In this document: positions 39,966 through 52,105 of the stretch, one piece after another
Layout: every line of letters begins with the position of its first letter
How positions within the stretch are numbered: the first letter of the stretch is position 1
From: Gammaproteobacteria bacterium
Lineage (GTDB): Bacteria > Pseudomonadota > Gammaproteobacteria > G965277405
NCBI GenBank assembly: GCA_965277405.1
Contig: OZ255726.1
Span: forward strand, 288,001-352,000
Direction of reading: 5' to 3'
Length of the DNA stretch: 64,000 nucleotides
The notes under the pieces: model-generated
Seen by the model: the letters and a program-made list of their open reading frames with translations, nothing else
Databases searched by the model: none
What the model was told of the DNA's origin: nothing
Translations under genes and position numbers: made by a program

Positions 39966-41553
39966 GCTTTTTAGGAATTAAAAAATATAAGATTGTGACG
40001 AACACCGTCGAGACGCCAATCATAGCCAGCTGTTCACGAATTGTGCTTTGTATTCCAGATTCTAGTATTTTCTCAAATACTTGTGGCGTCAATAATGGAA
40101 AAAAAGCGCCTGGAAGCGCAGCTTGAATAGAGATTTCTGTAAATATTTTTATCCAAATAATACAGCAGATTGCCAGCAATAGCCGCACGTGTGTTGGCAG
40201 GAACAGATCAACAAATAGCCGCCGTTGATTGCTGCCAAGGGTTTGTGCGGCCTGCTCCATATCTAAACCAATCGACTCGATGATAGAGGCGAGTGGGTAT
40301 AAGACAAGCGCGAGAAACTTTACAGTTAAGGCAATGAAGGTGATAACAACCACTATTGCAAGGCTAATAATAGCAGGAGATAATCCAAGCGCCCGATACC
40401 AAGCATACAGTTCAGGCTCAATGGTATCGATTGTGAATAGCCCTAAGGTGGCAAGTAATGTGGTCGGCAATACCATTGCCATAGCGGTAACATTCCATTG
40501 CCAAGTAAGCGAGTTACGTTTGCCTTGTTGCTGGATGTGGATAAAAAATAGCAAGGCAATCACAATAATAATACTCGCGGCAATCGTGGTTAGTATCGTG
40601 CTATTTATGATTGATTGTTGCAGCCAAATAGTGCTTGCTGGCATATTTTGCAAGCTATTACTCAGTAATGCCACAAGTGGGACGACAAGTAAAACGATGA
40701 TTATTACGCTATTAAGGGCAAAAGCAGCAAGTGATTTTTGTGTGGAAACAGGTTGGGGCAGAAATTTTTGATGTCCAGCAATGAGTTGATGATATTGTTT
40801 TTGACGGCGGAGGAGCAGTTCAAATATAACAACAATCCCAATGAAAATAACCACCGTAACTGCAAGTTGTATGCCGATGTCATGATAGTTTTGTTTGCTG
40901 GTAAATGTTTGTAGTAATAATGAACCGAGCGTTGGTGTTTTTAACAAAATTGCTACGGTGTAATCTGAAAAAATTTCAAAACCCACCAATATACATGCAG
41001 CAAATATACTGCGGCGGGCTAGCGGAATGATTGTCTGCATAAAGGATGCAAATGGCCCAACCCCACTGGTTGTGCTTAGCTCATAAAAACGACGGTTCTG
41101 GGTAGAAAAATTTGCGCGTAATAGCATATATGCATATGGAAACAAATTGATGAAATATACCAAGCAGCTTCCTGCAACACTGTGAAACTCAAACCATCGT
41201 GGTAATTCAAATGTATTAAAGACGAGCTCATACGCATAAATGGTACTAAACACCGGCAACACAATTGGCAGCACCAGCATAAAGTCAGCTAGTTTGCGCA
41301 ATGGATACGCCACTACTGTATTGACCCACGCACAAATAGACGCAACAACGACAACACTCAAGGACGTGAATACAATTATTTTGATAGTGTTATACAACGG
41401 TACTGAAATAAACCCCGCGTTAAAAAACAGTATCAGTCCATCATTTCCTGTAAATAAAAAAAACAAACCATACAAAAAAATTGACAAAGTAAGGCATGCT
41501 ACTGTCGTAGTAACAATTGTGCTTAGTTGAAAGTTTGCTCGAAATCCAGTCAT
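39949..41553 (-). CDS. Divergent Fe3+ ABC permease (FbpB-like)
   Basis: Two-repeat multi-TM permease, PYAYML, MEQAAQTLG; coupled to the ATPase gene. Confidence 0.65.
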   Translation of the reverse strand: MTGFRANFQLSTIVTTTVACLTLSIFLYGLFFLFTGNDGLILFFNAGFISVPLYNTIKIIVFTSLSVVVVASICAWVNTVVAYPLRKLADFMLVLPIVLPVFSTIYAYELVFNTFELPRWFEFHSVAGSCLVYFINLFPYAYMLLRANFSTQNRRFYELSTTSGVGPFASFMQTIIPLARRSIFAACILVGFEIFSDYTVAILLKTPTLGSLLLQTFTSKQNYHDIGIQLAVTVVIFIGIVVIFELLLRRQKQYHQLIAGHQKFLPQPVSTQKSLAAFALNSVIIIVLLVVPLVALLSNSLQNMPASTIWLQQSIINSTILTTIAASIIIVIALLFFIHIQQQGKRNSLTWQWNVTAMAMVLPTTLLATLGLFTIDTIEPELYAWYRALGLSPAIISLAIVVVITFIALTVKFLALVLYPLASIIESIGLDMEQAAQTLGSNQRRLFVDLFLPTHVRLLLAICCIIWIKIFTEISIQAALPGAFFPLLTPQVFEKILESGIQSTIREQLAMIGVSTVFVTILYFLIPKKHGLFS

Positions 41554-41883
41554 ATACAGAGTATGGTAGGCAAAGATGCACCCTAAAAAACTGCGGCTAC
41601 ATCGGCTAGAGTAAATGCCTTGCGTGAATAATAATATTACTGTAGCAAAAGATTAAATAGCGACACGGTACGCTTTAAAGATGCGCATCCTAATCCATAC
41701 GGATGAAGACATTGCATACCCCATCTTGCGCATGCCTCAATAGATTTTCCCAAGGAATCATCAAAATTGTAACAACTGCAGTATAACAATTAACCAATCT
41801 TATTTTTGAATAGTTTGTTTTTCCTATAGAATGCATACAATGGACAACGCAACATTGTTTTTACCATTATTGAGGCTAAACAC

Positions 41884-42549
41884 TTGGAATTACAGCTGAA
41901 AAAACGTTTGATTGGTGCGGGCGCTATTTTTATGTTGATAGTTATTTTTGCCCCCATGGTTCTAGATGGTGGCGGTGAAATTGTTACGCAACCTATTGCA
42001 AAACTTGTACCGATTCAAACTATTGATTTAACAGACAATTTGACAAAACACCAGCAGCAGGTCAATGGCATTATCGACGCCGCAGCCAATGACCAAAATA
42101 ACACAATACCGCTGGGCGAGGCTGCGCTGAATACCAACAATAAAAATCCGCAAACGCTAAACACTGGAGGCCAACCACAAACAGGCGTCAGCCAATTGCG
42201 TAATGAGCAAGTCACAGAGGTTACTCTCATGGACGAAGGCGGCAGCGAGGCTAACACTGCCGCGCCTAATCAGGCAGCGCCAAGCTCTGCGTTTGATATT
42301 CAAGCAGGTTGGACGCTGCAAGTTGCATCGTTTGCTGAACGCGCCAATGCAGTCGTACTCATTCAAAAATTGAATAGTGATGATATCCAATCTTTTCTGC
42401 AACCAAAACGTGCTGCAGGTCGCACGCTCTACATTGTCTATATCAACCCAGCGCTACAACGCGACACTGTACTGGCCCAAGCCAAGCTCATCGAAGAGCG
42501 CCATGGTTTGCAAGGCATTATTCGCAAATATACAGCAAGCCCTAATTAA
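41884..42549 (+). CDS. dedD: SPOR-domain division protein
   Basis: LKKRLIGA..VIFAPMVLDG; WTLQVASF..NA SPOR motif; upstream of cvpA-purF. Confidence 0.85.
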   Translation: MELQLKKRLIGAGAIFMLIVIFAPMVLDGGGEIVTQPIAKLVPIQTIDLTDNLTKHQQQVNGIIDAAANDQNNTIPLGEAALNTNNKNPQTLNTGGQPQTGVSQLRNEQVTEVTLMDEGGSEANTAAPNQAAPSSAFDIQAGWTLQVASFAERANAVVLIQKLNSDDIQSFLQPKRAAGRTLYIVYINPALQRDTVLAQAKLIEERHGLQGIIRKYTASPN

Positions 42550-42550
42550 A

Positions 42551-42718
42551 GGCAACTCTGCATACAGCTTATGATGGGCGAGCATGAGCAAAAATAATGA
42601 CGAAACTTAAGCAAGTACTTGCTGTGTTGCATCCCTTGGCGTATACGCTACGGCATGCGCCTTGCAATTATCAGCACCTGCAACCAACCCAATCCGCAAC
42701 GAATTATTCGAAGGTACC
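42551..42718 (+). mobile_element. Internally deleted, degenerate MITE copy
   Basis: ATGATGGGCGAG..GTACTTGCTGTGTTGCATCCCTTGGCGTATACGCTACGGCATGCGCCTTGCAAT. Confidence 0.8.
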
Positions 42719-42739
42719 TTAACTTAACAGACAAATCAC

Positions 42740-43240
42740 ATGGAAATAATAGACATTGTATTAGTAGTAATGATCGCTGTATCAGCAGTCATCGGTGTGT
42801 TTCGCGGAGCAATTCGTGAAGTCATTGCCCTTATTATCTTGCTGCTTTCTCTGTATATTGGCAGCGCTGTAGCAAGCTACGTTGCCAACATAACAACAGC
42901 ATTAATTGCAGATGACAGCACCAGATTTACTATTGCGTTCATTATAGTTACTGTCCTGCTGTACGTTATTATCAACCTGATTGTCCAATCAATAGTCAGC
43001 CAACTCCAAATAGGGGGAACACTTGGTCCGGTGAATACAGTTGCCGGCGGCGCCCTTGGTGCTGTGCGTGGCGTAGCGCTGGTCGTGCTGCTCGGCTATG
43101 TCCTGCAACTGACCCATATGAATAGTGAAATGTGGTGGCAAAACAACATTTTTTCTGGCTATGTTGACGACATACTGGCATGGATACAGCAACATGCCAA
43201 TGCTATTATGAGGGTTCTGCCACCCCCACCAGAGCTATAA
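42740..43240 (+). CDS. cvpA: Colicin V production protein
   Basis: IDIV..S..GVFRGAIRE, GGALGAVRG; synteny. Confidence 0.9.
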   Translation: MEIIDIVLVVMIAVSAVIGVFRGAIREVIALIILLLSLYIGSAVASYVANITTALIADDSTRFTIAFIIVTVLLYVIINLIVQSIVSQLQIGGTLGPVNTVAGGALGAVRGVALVVLLGYVLQLTHMNSEMWWQNNIFSGYVDDILAWIQQHANAIMRVLPPPPEL

Positions 43241-43242
43241 AC

Positions 43243-44721
43243 ATGTGTGGGATTGCTGGACTATATGCTCCAAAAGGAGTTGCAGAACAACTCGTTGATG
43301 CGTTAACCATGCTCCAGCACCGCGGACAAGACGCCGCAGGTATTGCTACTATGAAGGAATATGTGTTTTCATACCGCAAGAAACGCGGTCTGGTGTGTAA
43401 TGTATTCCGTCAACCGCAGCACTTAAATGCGCTGCAAGGTAATTTTGGCATTGCTCACGTGCGCTACACGACCAGTGGCGATAACACAAATAATGAAACA
43501 CAGCCGTTTTATGTGAATTCCCCATACGGTATTACCCTCGTCCACAATGGCAACCTCACCAACAAAATAGATTTATTCCAACAGTTTATCAGCAAACGCC
43601 ATATTAACAGTAACTCAGATAGTGAACTTCTTTTGAATGTACTAGCAGAATCAATGCAACATAAGGTACAGAATAACCCGCAACCTGAGGATATCTTCGC
43701 GGCAGTCGCCCAAGTCCACAAACAATGCGAAGGTGCATTTAGCGTGGTAGCGATGATTGCCGGCCAAGGTATGCTAGTATTTCGAGACCAATATGGCATT
43801 CGCCCACTGGCGTGGGGTAGCCGTGAGATTGACGGCAAATCATCGTATTTATTCGCTTCTGAATCCACTGCATTATGTGCCTTGGGCTACACCCACCAAG
43901 GCGATGTTCCTGCTGGCGCTGCAATGTTTATCGACATGAACGGCACATTACACCGCAGGCAAATCATTGCGTGCGAAAAACATAGCCCCTGTGCGTTTGA
44001 ATATATTTATTTAGCGAAACCAGAGACAGTCATTGCCAACGTGTCTGTATACTCAGCGCGGCGCAATATGGGGATAGCATTAGGCAAACAAATAAAGAAA
44101 AAATTGGAGGTGGAACAAGAAGTTACCATTGATACAGTGATGCCTATTCCAGATACAAGCCGCGTCTCAGCGCTTGAAGTTGCCCGTGTCACCGGCATTC
44201 CATACAGCGAAGGACTGATAAAAAACCACTACATCGGTCGCACCTTCATCATGAATAAACAACGCGAACGCCTAGCGTCAATCCGTCGTAAATTTCAACC
44301 TGTGCATGAAGAGTTCCGTGGCAAATCAGTATTATTAGTTGATGACTCAATCGTGCGCGGCAACACCGCAAAAATTATCACCCAAATGGTCCGTGACGCT
44401 GGCGCAAAAAAAGTGTATATAGCATCTGCTGCACCGCGTATTCTGTATAGAAATATCTATGGCATCGACACCCCCAGCCAGAAAGAGCTGATTGCCTATA
44501 ATCAAAGTGTTCAGGATCAAAGTATTCAGCAATTTTGCCAGGACATTGGCTGCGATGGGTTGATTTTTCAAGAATTAGATGCACTCAAAGAAAGCATCCT
44601 CCAAGAGAACAGCGAACTCCATGAACTCGACTGTTCTGTATTTGACGGCAAATATGTGACAGGAGAGATTGATGAGGCAAAGCTCGATGAAATCGAAAAA
44701 TCTCGCTGTTCATTCAGATAA
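43243..44721 (+). CDS. purF: Amidophosphoribosyltransferase
   Basis: MCGIAG, LQHRGQDAAG, HVRYTT, HNGNL, VDDSIVRGNT. Confidence 0.97.
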   Translation: MCGIAGLYAPKGVAEQLVDALTMLQHRGQDAAGIATMKEYVFSYRKKRGLVCNVFRQPQHLNALQGNFGIAHVRYTTSGDNTNNETQPFYVNSPYGITLVHNGNLTNKIDLFQQFISKRHINSNSDSELLLNVLAESMQHKVQNNPQPEDIFAAVAQVHKQCEGAFSVVAMIAGQGMLVFRDQYGIRPLAWGSREIDGKSSYLFASESTALCALGYTHQGDVPAGAAMFIDMNGTLHRRQIIACEKHSPCAFEYIYLAKPETVIANVSVYSARRNMGIALGKQIKKKLEVEQEVTIDTVMPIPDTSRVSALEVARVTGIPYSEGLIKNHYIGRTFIMNKQRERLASIRRKFQPVHEEFRGKSVLLVDDSIVRGNTAKIITQMVRDAGAKKVYIASAAPRILYRNIYGIDTPSQKELIAYNQSVQDQSIQQFCQDIGCDGLIFQELDALKESILQENSELHELDCSVFDGKYVTGEIDEAKLDEIEKSRCSFR

Positions 44722-44847
44722 TACCACAAAGTTGTGCCAGCTCTGAAATATTTACTGTCAGAGCCACCTAGCGTATGAACGTTGACGTTCCACCGTACAG
44801 CAGGCAATACCGCGGCACATACCTTCATTTAAGCTACAGAGAGAACC

Positions 44848-47484
44848 ATGTCAGACAACAGTTTTAATACTCGACAGAAGCTATCTATCGCTGATACACA
44901 ATATGAAATTTTTAATTTTTCATTGTTGCCACAAGCCAGCAAACTGCCGTTTTGCCTCAAAATATTATTAGAAAACCTGTTGCGCTACGAAGACGACCAC
45001 ACGGTTACCAAAGCAGATATACAACATTTATTAGCTTGGGATGCGTCAGCTCCAGCAACGTACGCCATTTCCTTTCGCCCAGCGCGGGTATTACTGCAAG
45101 ACTTCACAGGCGTGCCTGCCGTTGTAGATTTAGCCACTATGCGCGAAACGATGGAAGAACTCGGCGGTGACCCGAGCAAAATTCGTCCGCTACAGCCGGT
45201 TGAACTGGTGATCGATCACTCGGTGCAAGTTGATAATTTCGGCACAAGCTCTGCCCTCGATGAAAACAGCAAAATTGAATACCAACGCAATCAAGAACGC
45301 TATACTTTTTTAAAGTGGGGGCAAGAAGCACTTGATAATTTTGCTGTTGTGCCTCCAGGAAGCGGCATTGTCCATCAAATAAACCTCGAAAAACTGGCGC
45401 GTGTAGTCTTTAGCAACGACAGTCAACAAGCATATTTTGACACTGTCGTCGGCACTGATTCCCACACCACAATGGTCAATGGTCTTGGTGTGCTTGGCTG
45501 GGGAGTTGGTGGCATTGAGGCTGAAGCATCAATGTTGGGTCAGCCAATCTCGATGCTAATTCCTCGAGTTGTTGGCTTTGAAATCACAGGAAACATGCCA
45601 GAAGGTACAACAGCGACCGACTTGGTGTTAGTGATTGTCGAAATGCTGCGTAACCACGGCGTAGTCGGTAAATTTGTAGAATTCTACGGCAGCGGTATTG
45701 TCAACTTATCGCTTGCAGATCGCGCCACGATTGCCAATATGGCACCAGAATATGGTGCAACCTGTGGTTTATTTCCAATTGATGAAATCACCCTTGCATA
45801 TCTACGTTTAACCAATCGCAGCGAGGCACAAATTACGTTGATTGAGCAATATGCTCGCGCCACAAAAATCTTTAACCATGATTACAGCCAAACGCAGTTT
45901 AGTGAGCACTTATCCTTAAATATCTCAACTATCGTTCCATCAATCGCTGGACCAAAACGCCCACAAGACCGCATCGATCTTAGCAATTCGCAACAAGAAT
46001 TTCAAAAATATTTTACTGCACCTCTGCGCACAGTAGCAGTTACAATCGACGGTCAAGACTGCGCAATGACCGAAGGCGATGTGGTGATAGCCGCGATTAC
46101 ATCGTGCACCAACACCTCAAATCCAGCGGTATTAGTCGCTGCTGGCCTAGTTGCAAAAAAAGCGGTTCAACTCGGGCTACAACGCAAACCATGGGTAAAA
46201 ACATCACTCGCGCCAGGCTCACAAGTTGTTACAGCATACCTCCAGTCATCAGGACTACTGACATACCTTGAGCAATTGCAATTCAACGTTGCAGGTTACG
46301 GCTGTACCACCTGTATTGGTAATTCTGGTCCATTGCCAACACAGATTACCAACGCAATTGTTAACAACGACCTCACAGTTGCCGCTGTCTTATCTGGCAA
46401 CCGCAATTTTGAAGGACGTGTCCATCAGCATGTCAAAATGAACTACCTAGCATCACCACCGCTGGTGGTGATATACGCATTAGCTGGGACGATGAATATC
46501 GACTTAATGCAGCAACCACTTGGTAGCGACAGAGATGGCAACAATGTCTTTATGAAAGATATATGGCCAAACAACCACGAAATCAGCGCAGCACTGCAAG
46601 GCGTGCAACAATCTCAATTTGCGCATGTGTATGACAACGTGTTTGCAGGGGATGGGCGTTGGCAGTCAATCAAGGTTGCATCTGCAGGTAAGTTTGAATG
46701 GGACGAAAACTCTACATATGTGCGCAAGCCAAACTTTTTTGATGGGATTAGCGAAGCACGCCCTGCTATTGAAAACATTCAAGGTGCCCGCGCATTGGCG
46801 CTGCTTGGTGACTCCGTAACGACTGACCACATCTCGCCTGCTGGGAATATTCAAGCACAAAGCCCAGCTGGTAAATATTTGCAAGAAAAAGGTGCAGCAG
46901 CGAAAGACTTTAATTCGTATGGATCACGCCGTGGCAACCACGAAATAATGGTACGCGGTACATTCGCCAATATCCGCATTAAAAATCAGATGCTCGATGG
47001 TGTTGAAGGTGGCATGTCTGTCCACATTCCCAGCGGTGAGCAAATGACAATCTATGATGTCGCAATGAAATACCGCGCTAGCAACACCCCAGCAATCATT
47101 ATCGCCGGCAAAGAATATGGTACGGGGTCATCGCGTGACTGGGCGGCAAAAGGACCATATTTACTTGGTATTCAAGCAGTTATTGCTGAAAGCTTTGAGC
47201 GTATTCACCGCACCAACCTGGTCGGAATGGGAATATTACCGCTCGAATTCACCGGCGGCGCAACCGCAAAATCACTCGAGCTCACCGCGCATGAATCGTT
47301 TACTATTGCAGGCATTGACAACGGCACCAGCAAAACGGTACAAGTGACTGCGACAGCAGCCAACGGCAAACAAACCGTTTTTACAGCCAAAGTTCGCATC
47401 GATACTCCACAGGAAATCGACTATTTTCAAGACGGGGGCATCCTCCACTACGTGTTGAAGTCAATGCTCAAAAAAGCCGCCTAG
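44848..47484 (+). CDS. acnA: Aconitate hydratase A
   Basis: LQDFTGVP, DSHT, AITSCTNTSNP, GCTTCIGNSG, TTDHISPAG, GSSRDWAAKG. Confidence 0.98.
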   Translation: MSDNSFNTRQKLSIADTQYEIFNFSLLPQASKLPFCLKILLENLLRYEDDHTVTKADIQHLLAWDASAPATYAISFRPARVLLQDFTGVPAVVDLATMRETMEELGGDPSKIRPLQPVELVIDHSVQVDNFGTSSALDENSKIEYQRNQERYTFLKWGQEALDNFAVVPPGSGIVHQINLEKLARVVFSNDSQQAYFDTVVGTDSHTTMVNGLGVLGWGVGGIEAEASMLGQPISMLIPRVVGFEITGNMPEGTTATDLVLVIVEMLRNHGVVGKFVEFYGSGIVNLSLADRATIANMAPEYGATCGLFPIDEITLAYLRLTNRSEAQITLIEQYARATKIFNHDYSQTQFSEHLSLNISTIVPSIAGPKRPQDRIDLSNSQQEFQKYFTAPLRTVAVTIDGQDCAMTEGDVVIAAITSCTNTSNPAVLVAAGLVAKKAVQLGLQRKPWVKTSLAPGSQVVTAYLQSSGLLTYLEQLQFNVAGYGCTTCIGNSGPLPTQITNAIVNNDLTVAAVLSGNRNFEGRVHQHVKMNYLASPPLVVIYALAGTMNIDLMQQPLGSDRDGNNVFMKDIWPNNHEISAALQGVQQSQFAHVYDNVFAGDGRWQSIKVASAGKFEWDENSTYVRKPNFFDGISEARPAIENIQGARALALLGDSVTTDHISPAGNIQAQSPAGKYLQEKGAAAKDFNSYGSRRGNHEIMVRGTFANIRIKNQMLDGVEGGMSVHIPSGEQMTIYDVAMKYRASNTPAIIIAGKEYGTGSSRDWAAKGPYLLGIQAVIAESFERIHRTNLVGMGILPLEFTGGATAKSLELTAHESFTIAGIDNGTSKTVQVTATAANGKQTVFTAKVRIDTPQEIDYFQDGGILHYVLKSMLKKAA

Positions 47485-47548
47485 CCGCGACAAGGTCTTG
47501 CTAGTACGGTTGGGAAATCCCACTAGTATCTGCTGGTAGCGGACCTTT

Positions 47549-49305
<1,757 letters not shown>

Positions 49306-49370
49306 CTATTCTAATATAATAGCAGTGATGATTGAGCTTTCGCTGTGTCAATTTTTGCAGTATTATGCAA

Positions 49371-49439
49371 TGCAGTATTGTGCAGTATTGTGCAGTATTG
49401 TGCAGTATTGTGCAGTATTGTGCAGTATTGTGCAGTATT
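49371..49439. repeat. (TGCAGTATTG) x~7 decamer tract
   Basis: Six perfect units plus one 9/10 unit; a related unit at 49356. Confidence 0.95.
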
Positions 49440-49571
49440 CATTTAATTTGCTCACTAACCACTGATACGAATAAAATACTGTACATTATCCGCTACAATA
49501 TATGAGCAGTATAGTATAACAATTCGATTCAATCACTCTAACATTTTTATTACTTGCAGCAGCGCTAACGC

Positions 49572-52079
49572 ATGAAAGTCACTCCAGCAGCATACGAGGC
49601 CATCGGCCTTATCTGTATTCTTGTCGCCGTTTGTATTACCCTTACATTATTTAGCTATAACCCAACTGATACCCACCAAATTGCCGCGGTGAATCCGTTT
49701 AGAGTTAAGCTTGCGGAAAACACCCACAATGTTATGGGAGCATTTGGTGCACATATTGCCAATGCTCTGTTTCTGTTAGTTGGGTATTTAGCATATATGT
49801 TGCCGTGTGTGCTTGGTCTGCTGGGGGTGATGACTTTTTCCCACAAACGCTTTGCAATTACTACGTCGCCATTTAGTTGGTTAAGCTACCTTGGCTATCT
49901 GCTTTTTATCATCAGTTCGTCGGGCCTGCTCGGCATACATGTTGTTAATTTGCAACATTTACCCTTAACCAGCGGTGGCATTATCGGTGCGACAGTTAGC
50001 GAGTTGACATTGCCAGTGCTGGGCTTGATGGGGACAACCATCATCTTTTTGGGATTGTGCATCATCAGCATTGGCTTGCTTAGCAATCACTCATGGCTTC
50101 ATTGGGCTGAAGCGCTTGGGAATTGGCTGCTACGGGCAACTAATGCATTTAATAATATCAAAACAGCCGTAAATTTGCTAGCCAACAAGCGCAACAGAAA
50201 ACATCCAAACAAGCGTGTTGCAGCAAGCCAACACAATACGCAACAACCAAACACGCGGACAAATCCTGCTATTCCATTGGTTGCAGCGCGGCCAACGCTA
50301 ACAACACAACAAGCTGCTCCATCTCCATCGACCTCTGCTGCCAAGCTAGCTGATGCTACGTTTACTGGCAGCAATGCAGTTGCAAGCAGCTCAGTTGAAA
50401 ACGATAGCATGACTGCTGATTGGGATGATAGCCCAATGAGCAATACAGCATTGCCACCACTGACATCTGAAAGAAACACAACTGTCCAACAAGATCAACC
50501 GCGGCAGCAACAAAATGTCAAACAACAACCACAGCAAGATGCAACATCAACCCCAGCACAACTCCCTGCTGGCCATGTATATGTCGACACCAAGCTGGTT
50601 GCATATACGTTTCCAGCAATACAGGCATTGGTTGCGGATGAAGGCAATTCCATAGAACAAACACCTGAAGAATTGAATGCCATCGGTCGCTTGCTGGAAC
50701 AAAAACTCCTTGATTTTGGTGTTGCTGCAAAAGTCGTTGACTGGAGTCCAGGACCCGTGATTACCCGCTATGAGCTGCAACCCGCCCCAGGCACCAAAGC
50801 GATCAAAATAACCAATCTTGCCCGTGACCTGGCCCGCTCACTTGCGGTGATGAGTGTGCGTGTCGTCGAGGTGATTCCTGGGCGGTCTACTGTTGGCGTT
50901 GAAATCCCCAACAAGCACAGAAAAATAGTGCGTTTGCATAGCGTACTCGACGATGATGTGTTTGCCAAAGGTGAGCATAAGCTGCCGCTGGCGCTTGGTC
51001 ATGATATTGAAGGGAAGGCAGTGATTGGCGACCTTGCCAAAATGCCGCATTTACTCGCTGCAGGGACCACAGGATCAGGAAAATCTGTCGGGATTAACGC
51101 GATGCTCGTCAGCCTGTTATATCGACGAACACCGCAGGAATTGCGGCTGCTGATGGTAGACCCTAAAATGTTAGAACTCGCAGTGTATAACGGTATTCCA
51201 CATTTGTTGACCCCAGTCATTACCGACATGAAAGACGCTGCCAACGGCTTGCGCTGGTGCGTAGCTGAAATGGAGCGCCGCTACAAACTCATGTCACATT
51301 TGGGTGTGCGCAACATAGAAGGGTTTAACATAAAAGTCGATGCTGCCGCGCCAACAGGCGGTATTACTGATCCGTTATATAAGAAAGAAATCACCCCGCC
51401 TAAACTCAAACGCCTACCATTTATCGTCGTCGTTATCGATGAATTTGCCGATATGATGATTGTCACCGATAAAAAGAAAGTCGAAGAATTGATATCAAGA
51501 ATTGCACAAAAGGCGCGCGCCGCAGGAATTCATCTTATTTTGGCAACCCAGCGGCCGTCGGTTGATGTGATCACAGGGTTGATTAAAGCCAATATACCAT
51601 CACGGATTGCGTATCAAGTATCGTCAAAAATCGATTCGCGGACTATTCTCGATCAAAACGGTGCCGAGCAACTGTTAGGTCATGGCGACATGTTGTATTT
51701 TCCATCTGGCGCGAACACCCCAAGCCGTGTCCATGGTGCGTTTGTGAGTGATGATGAAGTCCATGCAGTTGTCGAAAACTGGCGCCATCAAGGTGTCCCC
51801 GAGTATGTGTCTAATATCATTTCAGATACCGCCGCCGCGGCAACGAGCGACAAACAAGCTATTGACGACCAAGCAAGCGAAGAGAATGGAGATGGAGCAT
51901 TGTACCAAGAAATTGCTGATTTTATTGTGCAAGGACAGCGCGTATCGATTTCCCTCATCCAACGCAAATTCAATATTGGCTATAACCGCTCTGCACGGAT
52001 TATAGAACAACTAGAAGAAAACGGCATCGTTGGACCAATGGGAAGCAACAGTAAACGTGAAATTTTAATAAAAAAATAG
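49572..52079 (+). CDS. ftsK: DNA translocase FtsK
   Basis: 4TM N-terminus, MPHLLAAGTTGSGKS, DPKMLE, LATQRPS, gamma-domain IGYNRSA. Confidence 0.97.
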   Translation: MKVTPAAYEAIGLICILVAVCITLTLFSYNPTDTHQIAAVNPFRVKLAENTHNVMGAFGAHIANALFLLVGYLAYMLPCVLGLLGVMTFSHKRFAITTSPFSWLSYLGYLLFIISSSGLLGIHVVNLQHLPLTSGGIIGATVSELTLPVLGLMGTTIIFLGLCIISIGLLSNHSWLHWAEALGNWLLRATNAFNNIKTAVNLLANKRNRKHPNKRVAASQHNTQQPNTRTNPAIPLVAARPTLTTQQAAPSPSTSAAKLADATFTGSNAVASSSVENDSMTADWDDSPMSNTALPPLTSERNTTVQQDQPRQQQNVKQQPQQDATSTPAQLPAGHVYVDTKLVAYTFPAIQALVADEGNSIEQTPEELNAIGRLLEQKLLDFGVAAKVVDWSPGPVITRYELQPAPGTKAIKITNLARDLARSLAVMSVRVVEVIPGRSTVGVEIPNKHRKIVRLHSVLDDDVFAKGEHKLPLALGHDIEGKAVIGDLAKMPHLLAAGTTGSGKSVGINAMLVSLLYRRTPQELRLLMVDPKMLELAVYNGIPHLLTPVITDMKDAANGLRWCVAEMERRYKLMSHLGVRNIEGFNIKVDAAAPTGGITDPLYKKEITPPKLKRLPFIVVVIDEFADMMIVTDKKKVEELISRIAQKARAAGIHLILATQRPSVDVITGLIKANIPSRIAYQVSSKIDSRTILDQNGAEQLLGHGDMLYFPSGANTPSRVHGAFVSDDEVHAVVENWRHQGVPEYVSNIISDTAAAATSDKQAIDDQASEENGDGALYQEIADFIVQGQRVSISLIQRKFNIGYNRSARIIEQLEENGIVGPMGSNSKREILIKK

Positions 52080-52105
52080 AACTACCTTATATCGCTTGAA
52101 TGCGA

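Noticed and set aside
41570-41610. CCCTAAAAAACTGCGGCTAC, loosely reminiscent of 6S RNA
   Set aside because: Short match, no long closing stem, and not in the usual zapA-ygfA context
49371-49439. Tandem tracts or MITE copies as a CRISPR array
   Set aside because: No unique spacers between repeats and no cas genes
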